Source: an archaeon | GTDB lineage: Archaea > AGJL01 > Methanococci > Methanococcales > Methanocaldococcaceae | Length of the DNA stretch: 64,000 nucleotides | Assembly (NCBI GenBank): GCA_024278985.1 | Contig: JAJRSC010000014.1 | Span: 1 to 64,000 of the forward strand | Direction: 5' to 3' | Part shown: piece after piece, positions 1-9,540 of the stretch | Position numbering within the stretch: position 1 is the stretch's first letter | Layout of the letters: each line of letters begins with the position of its first letter | The notes under the pieces: generated by a model | Database searches by the model: none | The model's input: only the letters and a program-made list of their open reading frames with translations | What the model was told of the DNA's origin: nothing | Made by a program: the position numbers and the translations under genes

Positions 1-1558
1 TAAATTTTAATTTTTTTAGTTTTTCTTTTATTCTTCTTTTTTCATTTTCAAAGACCTTTACTTTTTCATCAACATTTTCAAAAATTTCCATAATAACTTG
101 CCCATCCACCCATGTTGGTATCGGTAGTTTCAAAATACTTAGTATAGTGGGAACTATATCCCACAAATTTACGTACTCCAAATGTTTTTTCTGTATTTTA
201 TTTCCATAAGCAATAAAAATTCCATTAATTGTATGATCCCCTGGTCTAGTAGTCTTTCCATGAATTGGAGGCATAAATATAGAATTATTTATTTTATTAT
301 AACCAATTGCTCTATAACCTTCCTTCAACAGTATGTAAATGTCGGGTATTTCGGGATTTTCAGTATTGAAAAGTTCTTTTTTTGTAAATACCTTTTTAAC
401 AATATTTTTTCCAGTTTCTGGATCTTTAACATTTTTTAGTTCTTTCACTATGAAATTAACTATTTCTTCATATTCCTCTAAAGAAACATACCCTTGTGGT
501 TCTCTACCTTTTAAGTTAATATTAATAATACCATCAGAACCTTCATAATAATAAGCTTTCGTATTTTTCCAATCGATTTTATTAATATAACTTAATTCTT
601 CACTTGGTATAATTTTTAGAAGTTTTTCCAATATTGAACTTCTTTTTAATTTCCATATAACATCTTTCATACCTAATTTCAACAGTAATTTTTTAAAGAA
701 TTCTGCCGTTATAATATTTTTATTACAATTTTTATAAGTTTTTAATAATCCATTCTGTTCTAACCAATTATTAATACAAAAATATTTTTTCACATGTCCA
801 AATCCATGATCAGATACTATAAACAAAATGTGATTTTCTTTATCTATAAATCTAATAATATCTCCAAGGAATTCATCAAAGATTTTATAAAATTTGTATA
901 TTGTCTTTTTATCGTCCCAAAAATAGTGTTGGACTACATCCAACGCTCTAAATATAGAAAATAAGAAGTCCCAATTTTCGTTTTCCATTAGATATTTAGT
1001 AAGTCTAATTTGTTCATTAGTCACATTTTCTATTTTCTCAATAAATTTGTAGGGATTTTTAGACACCAATAATAAATCTTCATTAAAGTCTATGTCATAT
1101 TTTGGGAATTTTTCTTTAATTATTTCTTTGTATTCTTTAGGATATACAAAATCACTATTTAATGATGGAGTCCCTAGTCCAGTTATTATAATACCATCAA
1201 TTGGTTTTGGTGGATAGGCGAATAAAGCATTTATAACAATAGATCTTTTTCCAAAGTCTGACAATATTTCCCAAATTGGAGGTTTTTTAATATCTTTTCC
1301 TGATATGGGATAATAAAAATATGAGCCTTTCTTTCTTTTTACAAATCCAAATATACCATGATTTGATGGTGTACATCCAGTATATATTGAAACCCATGCA
1401 GATGGGGATAGTGGAGGTATCGTGCTTTTAAGTTTACCCCATGCACTATTTTCCATTAATTTCTTAAAAGTAGGTAATTTTCCATTATCGGCTAATGGTT
1501 TTATCAAATCCCAAGTTGCACCGTCTAGACCGATTAATATAATTTTTGGGTTTTTCAT
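1..1558 (-). CDS. Alkaline-phosphatase-superfamily protein (nucleotide pyrophosphatase/phosphodiesterase-like); 3' end runs off the window
   Basis: Not in the ORF track because the stop lies outside the window. Hand translation from ATG 1558 gives MKNPKIILIGLDGATWDLIKPL...STIPPLSPSAWVSIYTGCTPSNHGIFGF...IVSDHGFG...GDH...DIVPTIL, the AlkP-superfamily metal-binding motifs. The frame is open to position 1 and has a GGTGA RBS upstream. Confidence 0.85.
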   Translation of the reverse strand, partial: MKNPKIILIGLDGATWDLIKPLADNGKLPTFKKLMENSAWGKLKSTIPPLSPSAWVSIYTGCTPSNHGIFGFVKRKKGSYFYYPISGKDIKKPPIWEILSDFGKRSIVINALFAYPPKPIDGIIITGLGTPSLNSDFVYPKEYKEIIKEKFPKYDIDFNEDLLLVSKNPYKFIEKIENVTNEQIRLTKYLMENENWDFLFSIFRALDVVQHYFWDDKKTIYKFYKIFDEFLGDIIRFIDKENHILFIVSDHGFGHVKKYFCINNWLEQNGLLKTYKNCNKNIITAEFFKKLLLKLGMKDVIWKLKRSSILEKLLKIIPSEELSYINKIDWKNTKAYYYEGSDGIININLKGREPQGYVSLEEYEEIVNFIVKELKNVKDPETGKNIVKKVFTKKELFNTENPEIPDIYILLKEGYRAIGYNKINNSIFMPPIHGKTTRPGDHTINGIFIAYGNKIQKKHLEYVNLWDIVPTILSILKLPIPTWVDGQVIMEIFENVDEKVKVFENEKRRIKEKLKKLKF

Positions 1559-1635
1559 TTTCTCACCTTAGGGACCACTTCAAATTCTATGTTGTACGTT
1601 GGAATTATTACTGAAACTAAAGGATTCTCATCCAT
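1555..1635 (-). pseudogene. N-terminal remnant of a GT2 glycosyltransferase
   Basis: GTGGTG RBS, then ATG 1635 reads MDENPLVSVIIPTYN (classic GT2 start), followed by 11 unrelated codons and a TGA overlapping the next ATG. Confidence 0.65.
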
Positions 1636-1926
1636 ATCTACCACCACAATACATATTTACTTCATCTCTTAAAATTTTTTCTTTTATTTGTAGTTTTATT
1701 GTTTTATATTCTAATAAATTAACTTTTTTGCCTAACGCCTCTTCGAGTTCTACTTTTAAAGATGCAAAATCTAATAAACTTAAATCATCTCCAACTTCTA
1801 CCAATATATCAATATCTGATGTTTTCCTCTGCTCATTTCTTGCATAACTGCCAAAAATTCTGGCCCTTTTAATCCCATATTTTCTTAATATTGGGATGAT
1901 TTTTCTTTAATTTCATTGATGTTCAT
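1628..1926 (-). pseudogene. Minimal nucleotidyltransferase (MNT antitoxin), frameshifted
   Basis: Reads MNINEIKEK, then one A is missing from an A-run near 1900. The shifted frame continues IIPILRKYGIKRARIFGSYARNEQRKTSDIDILVE (GSx10DxD motif) to TGA at 1628-1630. No HEPN partner is adjacent. Confidence 0.75.
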
Positions 1927-1966
1927 TTTTATCGCTAAGAAATTTCCACATAATCAGTAAAGATTT

Positions 1967-2281
1967 TTATTTCAATCCAAATAATAATTTTATAAGTTCA
2001 ATACATTAGGGTTAGTTATAATTATTGTAAATAAAATTATCAACGTTTGAATAATCATCTTATACTCCAACTCTTTCTTAGTAATGTCTATTTTTTGATT
2101 TAATTCACTACATTAATAAAATATCTTCCTTTGTTGCTAACTCGTCCTTTAACTCATTTTTAATGATAACTTTATTTTCCTTATTCAATTCCAAAATGAT
2201 ATTGTAGATCTCTCTTGCTTCTTTCTCATCCTTAACTTTTTTAAGGATTAACTCATATAATTTAGGCAATGCAACAGTCAT
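1967..2281 (-). pseudogene. Coiled-coil protein with C-terminal TM helix (Methanococcales 'LATKED' paralog family, DUF1640/CCDC90-like), disrupted
   Basis: MTVALPKLYELILKKVKDEKEAREIY...ELATKEDILLM stops at TAG 2108-2110. The remainder (QKIDITKKELEYKMIIQTLIILFTIIITNPN / ELIKLLFGLK*) is present in shifted frames. Confidence 0.6.
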
Positions 2282-2298
2282 AATTCCACCATAAATAA

Positions 2299-3429
2299 TT
2301 ATTTAACATTTTTTCGTCCATCATTCACCACAATCTCTAAAATTTTTTCAAACTCTTCAGCACTCTTATCCCAATTGAACCTTTTAGCCCATTTAATAGA
2401 ATTTTCACTTAACTTTTTCCTTAAATCATTATCTTTCAATAAATTAATAATAGTTTCAGATAGTTCTATAATATTCCCTTTTTCCACCAACAAACCATTA
2501 TATCCATCTTTAATAGAATCTACCAATCCTGGAACTTTATAACCAATAACCGGAGTTCCTAAAGCATTTGCTTCAATAACATTTAAACCCCAACCTTCTT
2601 TAACAGAAGTAACCACTAAAATTTGACTTTTTTTAATTATCTCATTTCTCTCTTCAAAAGGAACCCATCCAAAGAATTTAACATTATCTTTTAATCCCAA
2701 TTTATCTACTAAATTCTTTAATCTATATAAATAATTTTCTTTCTTTGGACTTCCCAAAATCCATAACTTTACATTGGGAATCTCTTCTTTAACATAATAA
2801 ATTGCTTTAATTGCGTGCTCAACTCTTTTCATTGGGGTTAATCTTGAAACAAAGCATATTGCATTTTCTTCCTTTTCTTCAAAATTAATTTTTTCTAATG
2901 GTTTAACATCGCATCCGTTATAAATAACATGAATGTTTTCCTCTTTAAATCCTAAGTTAATTAAATCTTTTTTTGTTGAGGGGGAGACGCAAATTGTTGG
3001 GATGTTTTTATACAATCTTAAAAAATTCCTCTCTGCAAATTTACCTATTTTATTTAGGGGAAATGGCATTTCATAGTCCCAACATTCTCCTGCAAAATGA
3101 TGGATAAAAAATATTATTGGCTCTTTTGCATACAATGGTGTAAAAAATGGTATTCCATTAACTTGGTCGATAATAATATCAAACTTTCCTTTAAATTCAG
3201 AAAAATATTTTCTCCATGCATTTATGTGTATTGTATATATGCTAAAATCCCTAACAATTTCAATTTCATCAATATTTTCTCTCTCCAAGCATCCTTTAAA
3301 CTTAGGGGCGAACCAAACACACTCATAACCTTTCTCTACCAACCTTTTTAGATACTCATAAGTAACAAATTCAGCCCCTCCTTTCCATGGGTGCTTTATA
3401 CATTTCCACGACATCATTAAAATCTTCAT
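2299..3429 (-). CDS. Glycosyltransferase family 4 (GT-B)
   Basis: GGAE N-terminal motif, RLTPMKRVE, EGWGLNVIEANALGTPVIG (EX7E). Confidence 0.93.
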   Translation of the reverse strand: MKILMMSWKCIKHPWKGGAEFVTYEYLKRLVEKGYECVWFAPKFKGCLERENIDEIEIVRDFSIYTIHINAWRKYFSEFKGKFDIIIDQVNGIPFFTPLYAKEPIIFFIHHFAGECWDYEMPFPLNKIGKFAERNFLRLYKNIPTICVSPSTKKDLINLGFKEENIHVIYNGCDVKPLEKINFEEKEENAICFVSRLTPMKRVEHAIKAIYYVKEEIPNVKLWILGSPKKENYLYRLKNLVDKLGLKDNVKFFGWVPFEERNEIIKKSQILVVTSVKEGWGLNVIEANALGTPVIGYKVPGLVDSIKDGYNGLLVEKGNIIELSETIINLLKDNDLRKKLSENSIKWAKRFNWDKSAEEFEKILEIVVNDGRKNVK

Positions 3430-3579
3430 CCTTTCCCTCAGTATAGTGTTCTTAAATTTCCTGCATTGTATTAACTCTTTGAGTTTTTCTCATAACTTAA
3501 CCATTCAACATAATTTTAACTTTATTTTAACTTTCTCAATAATTATTATCAAAATACTTAAAAATTTATTTAAAGAACC

Positions 3580-4368
3580 TTAATTTATTCTATCACTAAA
3601 ATTTTCAAAATACTTATCTATTTTTGAAAAATTATTATCTTTTAACATCATTTTAAGCAGTAAAACATCTTTTCCCATTTTATAAATCGTCTTAATTATT
3701 CCCAGTCCACTAATAATTTTACCATTATCTTCTTTTTTAATTATGCATGGACAATAATCTATTGAATAATGTCTTCTCCGTGCCAAAACTAACAATGAAA
3801 TATCAAAAGAGAATCCATAAGGTAAATTAAGTTTATCAAAACTTTTAAACAGATCTTCTAAAACTTTTCTTTTAAATAATTTTATTCCTGTTTGTGTATC
3901 TTTAACTTTAAGTTCTGGAAAGATTAAATTTACATAAAATACAAATCCATAACTCAAAAATTTTCTTAATTTTGGGTATTTAACAATGCTCTTTTTGTCT
4001 TTACGGTTTCCAACAATAATATCAACATTATCGTTTTTAATTTTTTCAAGAAACCACTTTAAAGCTTCTGGGCGGCATTCTAAATCACTATCCAACAATG
4101 CCACATATTTTCCCTTACAAAACTTCAAGCCATATCTAATCGCAAATCCCTTACCTCTATTTTTCTCATACCCAACAACTTTTAAATTATCAAATTCTTC
4201 CTCTAACCTTTTAGCAATATCATAAGTTTTATCTACAAATCCATCCACAACTAAAATTATCTCAAAATCATCACAAAACTCAGAAACTACCTTTTCAACT
4301 GTTATAATAGAATTTTCAATAAATTTCTCACCTTTATAGCATGGCATTATTATGGATAACTCAACCAT
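3580..4368 (-). CDS. Glycosyltransferase family 2 (dolichol-phosphate hexose synthase-like)
   Basis: LSIIMPCYK, VVDG, NRGKGFA, LLDSDL (DxD), DTQTGIKLF. Confidence 0.9.
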   Translation of the reverse strand: MVELSIIMPCYKGEKFIENSIITVEKVVSEFCDDFEIILVVDGFVDKTYDIAKRLEEEFDNLKVVGYEKNRGKGFAIRYGLKFCKGKYVALLDSDLECRPEALKWFLEKIKNDNVDIIVGNRKDKKSIVKYPKLRKFLSYGFVFYVNLIFPELKVKDTQTGIKLFKRKVLEDLFKSFDKLNLPYGFSFDISLLVLARRRHYSIDYCPCIIKKEDNGKIISGLGIIKTIYKMGKDVLLLKMMLKDNNFSKIDKYFENFSDRIN

Positions 4369-4516
4369 TGTATCACAAAATTTATATACTAACTTTATAT
4401 ACTACATACATAAAATTATATATTATATATATCTATGTAATTATGAATAACTTTATATTTTTTTGATATATTTCAATAAATTATGTATATTAAGGATATT
4501 AGGTTGGTGATTTCAT

Positions 4517-5938
4517 ATGAATACAAATAAAAAAACTTTATTGAGTATATTAATAACACTTGGTATCGTAGCGATGCTGATATTAATACAACCTATAGCA
4601 GGATTACAGATAAGTTTTGAAGGATTTCCTTCTAGCTGCAATGTAAATCAAGAGATAAATTTTAAAGTAAAAATATTAATTCAAAATCAAGAATGGTCAA
4701 ATATTACAAGTATAAAACTAATAATTTCAAAGGATGGGAAGACAGATGATATAAGCATTCCAATTATCTTAACTCCAAATACTATTGTTGTTCAAAATAA
4801 AGATTTAACCAATACATCAAGTAAAATTATTGAAATAAAAGTTGATTCAGAAACTAACGCTGTGCATGGTTATGGTTATGGTTATGATTACATAAATGAA
4901 AGTAGTTATGGTTATATATCATATCACACAGGTTATGGTTATGGTTATGATTATGGCTATATTGCTGGCTATGGATATGGATACAATGTTATAAATAGCC
5001 CATATTCGGCAATTCTTTCATATAATATCACATGGAAGCCAGAATCAACTGGAACTTATAATGTAAAATTAGAAGTTGTCGTTTGTAAATCTGATGGTAG
5101 CTTAATAACATTCACTAAAGAGAAGACAATAAATGTAGTATCATCAACTTCAACAACTAGCTATAGCTCTGGTGGATCCTATAGTTCAGGTGGAGGGAGT
5201 TCATACACTTCAGAAAAAACAAGTGAAACTGAAAAAGGAGTCATATCAAAAACAGAAATACAAACCCAATTTGAACCAGGAAAACCTGTTGATATTTCAT
5301 TACCATGGGAAACCGCAAAAGAATTAGGAATCCTTGGATTAACACTTGAATATCAACTACAAGTTCAGGCAAAAATAGAAATTGCTAAGTTAGCAGAATT
5401 ACCTCAAACAATAGAAAAACCAAAAATTGCTAAAGCATTATACAACATCATTGAGATAAAAGTTATTGATGAAAAAACAGGAAAAGAAATTGAACCAAAA
5501 GGTTGGATTAAGTTCATGGTATCCAAGAAGTGGCTCAAAGATAATGGATACAGCCCAGATGATGTTATAATGCTAAGATACCATAATGGATGGGAAGTAT
5601 TAGAAACTAAGAAATTAGGAATTGAAGACTCAGAAAACATATACTACAAAGCATACACTTCAGGATTTAGTATCTTTGCAGTAGCAATTAAAGCAGCCGA
5701 AGAGGAGAAACCGACAACAAAAGAAACTACAATAACTCCAACAACAAAAGAAAAAGTTAATAATACAGAACAACCTGCAAAACCAAACGAAACTAAAAAA
5801 ACAACAAAAGAAACTACAATAACTCCAACAACAAAAGAAAAAGGAAAAGGAACTTCCTTGACAGCAATAATTATAGGATTAATAATATTAATAATTGTTG
5901 GAATTGGAGTATATTTCTACATGGGAAGAAAAAAATGA
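4517..5938 (+). CDS. Secreted, C-terminally anchored cell-surface protein with Gly-Tyr repeats and a PGF-pre-PGF-like domain
   Basis: N-terminal signal peptide, GYGYGY repeats, Ser/Gly linker, F.V.K.WL...YKAYTSGFSIFAV (PGF-pre-PGF-like), Thr-rich stalk, C-terminal TM plus GRKK tail. Confidence 0.8.
   Translation: MNTNKKTLLSILITLGIVAMLILIQPIAGLQISFEGFPSSCNVNQEINFKVKILIQNQEWSNITSIKLIISKDGKTDDISIPIILTPNTIVVQNKDLTNTSSKIIEIKVDSETNAVHGYGYGYDYINESSYGYISYHTGYGYGYDYGYIAGYGYGYNVINSPYSAILSYNITWKPESTGTYNVKLEVVVCKSDGSLITFTKEKTINVVSSTSTTSYSSGGSYSSGGGSSYTSEKTSETEKGVISKTEIQTQFEPGKPVDISLPWETAKELGILGLTLEYQLQVQAKIEIAKLAELPQTIEKPKIAKALYNIIEIKVIDEKTGKEIEPKGWIKFMVSKKWLKDNGYSPDDVIMLRYHNGWEVLETKKLGIEDSENIYYKAYTSGFSIFAVAIKAAEEEKPTTKETTITPTTKEKVNNTEQPAKPNETKKTTKETTITPTTKEKGKGTSLTAIIIGLIILIIVGIGVYFYMGRKK
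4868..4953 (+). repeat. 23-bp perfect direct repeat (ggttatggttatggttatgatta) encoding GYGYGYDY
   Basis: Copies at 4868-4890 and 4931-4953. Confidence 0.9.
5714..5843 (+). repeat. 43-bp perfect direct repeat encoding TTKETTITPTTKEK (Thr-rich stalk)
   Basis: Copies at 5714-5756 and 5801-5843. Confidence 0.9.
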
Positions 5939-5942
5939 GTAA

Positions 5943-6551
5943 CTAGCTAACTTCTCTTTTTTTATTATTATTTAGTTTTATTAGGATATATACTATATAT
6001 ACTATCGCAATTATAAAAACTAAAATATATAAATATCTAAAATAATATTTAATTTCATCTGTATAATAAATAGCCACTCCGAGGAATATTAAAGATGTAA
6101 AGGTTTTTATAATGTTTATCTTGTCATTAATTTTTTTTTCTAAAATATAATCTACAAATTCATTCAATACTCCAATAGTTAGGAAATAATAACTTAAAAT
6201 AGCAATTGCATTTGCATAATTTTCGTTATTTTTTATTAAAGAAATTGCAGAGTATATTAGAAGAATAATTGCTATAAGAACAAACTTTTGACCTAATGAA
6301 AAAGATTTTATTAAAAAATAAGTTTTTCTAAATAGATTATATAGTACGGTTTTCAATTTTGAGATGTAAAGTAGTATAAGTATTATTCCTAAAATACCTA
6401 ATATTATTTGCATATTTGTCTTTATAAAATATATATTATAAGGTATGGTAGTTTGTAAGTAGGTATAAACTATTATAAATACATATACAATTATCATGGT
6501 AATAAAGATATTTAAAATTATATTTCGAATTTCATTTATTTTATCTTCCAT
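5943..6551 (-). CDS. Hypothetical polytopic membrane protein (about 6 TM)
   Basis: 202-aa ORF with multiple hydrophobic helices and a GTGA RBS. Confidence 0.7.
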   Translation of the reverse strand: MEDKINEIRNIILNIFITMIIVYVFIIVYTYLQTTIPYNIYFIKTNMQIILGILGIILILLYISKLKTVLYNLFRKTYFLIKSFSLGQKFVLIAIILLIYSAISLIKNNENYANAIAILSYYFLTIGVLNEFVDYILEKKINDKINIIKTFTSLIFLGVAIYYTDEIKYYFRYLYILVFIIAIVYIVYILIKLNNNKKREVS

Positions 6552-6591
6552 AATATCACAACTGACAACAATGTGAATTCATATTATCAAT

Positions 6592-6627
6592 TAAAACCAA
6601 AAAATAAAATAGTATCGAGTTAAATAC
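6592..6627. repeat. Dispersed intergenic repeat, copy A (contains GTAT-N8-ATAC)
   Basis: Its reverse complement matches 29163-29198 at 34/36 nt. Confidence 0.75.
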
Positions 6628-6740
6628 TTCCAATAACTCAATGATATCCTCAAAAATTTACTCGTTAATAGTTTAAATATTTTTTTATATATCGCTAAGA
6701 TGTTCTATAATTTTAGCAAATTAAAAAAAGGAGATATATC

Positions 6741-7145
6741 ATGAATGTTGAAAGAATTAGTATATCATTTCCAAAATTTTTATTAAAAGAGATTGATAAC
6801 TTAATAGAAAAAAAAGGATACTCAAGTAGAAGCGAACTTATTAGAGATGCTGTAAGAAAATATATTTTAGAAAATAATCCTTTAGATAGGGATGGAGATA
6901 TTAGTGGAATTATAATTGTTGTATATGAACCAAATAAAGAATCTTTAAATGAGATGAGTAAGTTATACTTTGATTTTCATGATATTATTAAATCTCTAAA
7001 TCAAGGATATATAACTACTCAATGTGGTAAAAATAAAAAAGTTGAGATTTATATAGTAAATGGAAACTCTAAAAAAATTAAAGAATTTTATGAAAAAATA
7101 TGTAAATTAAAAGGAAAATTATATGATAAAATAGTTATATTTTAA
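6741..7145 (+). CDS. NikR-like CopG/ribbon-helix-helix transcriptional regulator
   Basis: ERISISFPKFLLKEID...GYSSRSELIRDAVRKY plus an ACT-like C-terminal domain. Confidence 0.85.
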   Translation: MNVERISISFPKFLLKEIDNLIEKKGYSSRSELIRDAVRKYILENNPLDRDGDISGIIIVVYEPNKESLNEMSKLYFDFHDIIKSLNQGYITTQCGKNKKVEIYIVNGNSKKIKEFYEKICKLKGKLYDKIVIF

Positions 7146-8845
7146 TTTCTTCCTCTTTGAATATTAAATATCTTTTTAACATCTTCAACAGTATTTATAT
7201 CATCTACTCCTTTATCTAATCTAAATCTTACAACTCTTGGAAATCTTAAAGCATATCCACACTCATACTTATCAGATTTTTGTATTTCTTCATAGGCTAC
7301 TTCTAAAACTATATCTGGTTTAACTTCAACCTCTTCCCCTAAATCTTTTTTAATTCTTTTATCAATCTCTTCCTTCAAAAATTTTAAATCTTCTTCACTT
7401 AATCCAGTTCCAACATGTCCTATAGAATATAATTTTCCATCTTCTCCTTTTACTGCTATCTCAAAAGACCCATACCAGTCTTTTCTTTTACCCATTCCTT
7501 TTTTGGCTTTTATAATAACTACATCTAAATTTTCAAGAGTTGGTTTATATTTATACATTGTCCTTACTCTACTTCCAGGAGTATATGGAGCCTTTAGGTT
7601 TTTTATCATAACTCCCTCATGGCCAATAGATAAAGACCATTTATAAAATTCTTTTGCTTCATCAATATTATCTGTAACTAACTTATAGGATATATCAATA
7701 ATTTTTTTTTCTTTAAGTTCCTTTTCAATTTTTTCTCTATCTTTTTTCCAATCATTTTCATATCCTACTAAATCCTCTAAAATCTTTCTTCTCTCTTTAA
7801 ATGGTCTTTCTAAAAGTGGTTTATCTTTATATAAAATATCAAATAAATAAACCCTTAAATTTATTTCCTTCATTATTTTGTTGATATCATACTTCCTTTT
7901 AATCCTTCTTAAAATTTACTGAAATGGCTTTGGTTTTCCATCTTCTCCTATAGCAACACATTCTCCTTCAACTATAATATTATTTTTAAATTTTTTAAAT
8001 TCATCCACTAACTCTGGGAATGCATTAGTAATATCTTCAAGGTTTCTACTGTATATTTTAACTTTTCCATCCCCTTTATGGATTTGTAATCTTGCTCCAT
8101 CATATTTAGTTTCAAACTGTGCTGTTCCCATCTCTAATAATGCCTCTTCAATTGAAGGACACAATTGGGCAAGCATTGGTTTTATAGGCCTAAATAACTC
8201 TAAGTTTAATTCATCAATATTTCCCTTGGCTAAACTTTCAGCTAATAAGCCAATATCATTAATATATGAATATATTTTCTCCAACTTTTCTTTAGGTACT
8301 TTATAATAGATAGATAGAGCTTCTAAAATTGTTGGAACATTCATTCCTATTCTCATATCTCCTAAAATTAATCTAACTAAATACCTACTTTCTAAAGGTG
8401 AAGCATTTATAAATAAACTACTTATCAACCTTTGTTTTTTCTTTATTGACCCCTCTCCTTCAATTTCTGCAACTCTTCTTAAAGTGTTAATAATATTATT
8501 AACTGTTAATGGTTGATAAAATAAACTTTGTATTTTTGATTTTTGTTTCTTTTTAATTTCTTCAACTGCTAAGCCAATATCTCCTGTTTTATTTATCATC
8601 TTTAATAATTCATCCTTATTAATTCCACTACCTACAATAGCATTTATTAATAACTTTTCTCCAACTCCTAACTCTCTATTATCATACTCAGGAAAGACCC
8701 TACCAATAGATATATAACATATATTTTTTAAATCTTCAGGATTTTTTATTTTTTCTATTAATTTTATAAAATAAGCTCTTTTTTCTAACCTTTTAGAAGT
8801 ATTTTCTATATCTCTAAAAACTTCACATACATCTTTCCATAACAT
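7142..8845 (-). CDS. lig: ATP-dependent DNA ligase, interrupted by one in-frame TAA (7916-7918)
   Basis: ORFs 7916-8845 and 7142-7873 are in the same frame, and the gap reads KPFQ*ILRRIKRKYDINKIMKEINLRVYLFD. Motifs: ETKYDGAR (I), VEGECVA (III), YLFDIL (IIIa), EGVMIK (IV), KYKP (V), LRFPRVVRFR (VI). Confidence 0.93.
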
Positions 8846-8906
8846 AACTAATCACAAAAAATATTTTATAATATTAAAAATAATCTAATAAAATAAATAT
8901 TATTAT

Positions 8907-9227
8907 GTGTTTGTGGTAGTTATGAATATTTTGGCCACTTTTGAATATATTATTGTATTTTTAAAAGCTATAACTGAGGCATGGATAGATACTCTCAAAA
9001 TTAGTTTGTCTGGAGAAATAAATCCTGAGATTATAGAGTTAAAATCAATTATTAACCATCCTGCTGGATTAGTACTTTTAGCATGGTCTATAACTGCCAC
9101 TCCTGGAACTTTGGTTATTGATATCATCCCAGAGGAAAATAAGCTAATAGTTGCATCAATATATCCCAAAAGTAGGGAGGATATTGTTCCATTTGAACCT
9201 TATATAAAAAAGATGTTTGAAGGTTAA
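8907..9227 (+). CDS. MnhE/EhbA-like cation/H+ antiporter subunit E family protein
   Basis: [16 protein letters not shown] motif. The true start may be ATG 8922. Confidence 0.75.
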   Translation: MFVVVMNILATFEYIIVFLKAITEAWIDTLKISLSGEINPEIIELKSIINHPAGLVLLAWSITATPGTLVIDIIPEENKLIVASIYPKSREDIVPFEPYIKKMFEG

Positions 9228-9232
9228 TATTT

Positions 9233-9535
9233 ATGGATGCAAAAAAAATTTGGAAGGAGTTAATAGATATTGCAAAAGATTATTATGATGAAGATAAAAT
9301 TTTTTACTCAAAAACTAAGAGAGGAGTATATAAAATAAAAAAATTTAATAAGGATAAAATTGTCATAAAACTACTTAAAGGAAAATCTGAAGAAATTTTA
9401 AGTAAAAAGAGATTTTTAGATAATTTTGATAATTTAAAATATGGGGTTCATTGGAATGTTTCTTCAGCAATAAAATCCTTTTTAAAATTACATCCTAATA
9501 TTGTAGAAGAAGAGGGAATTTTAAAATTAAAATAA
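9233..9535 (+). CDS. Hypothetical protein
   Basis: 100-aa ORF with typical codon usage, co-oriented with the upstream gene. Confidence 0.65.
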   Translation: MDAKKIWKELIDIAKDYYDEDKIFYSKTKRGVYKIKKFNKDKIVIKLLKGKSEEILSKKRFLDNFDNLKYGVHWNVSSAIKSFLKLHPNIVEEEGILKLK

Positions 9536-9540
9536 TTTTC

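Noticed and set aside
1930-6700. 11-bp direct repeat tatcgctaaga at 1930-1940 and 6690-6700 as a target-site duplication
   Set aside because: Short, no integrase or transposase is present, and island-like genes continue left of 1930. It cannot be separated from chance.
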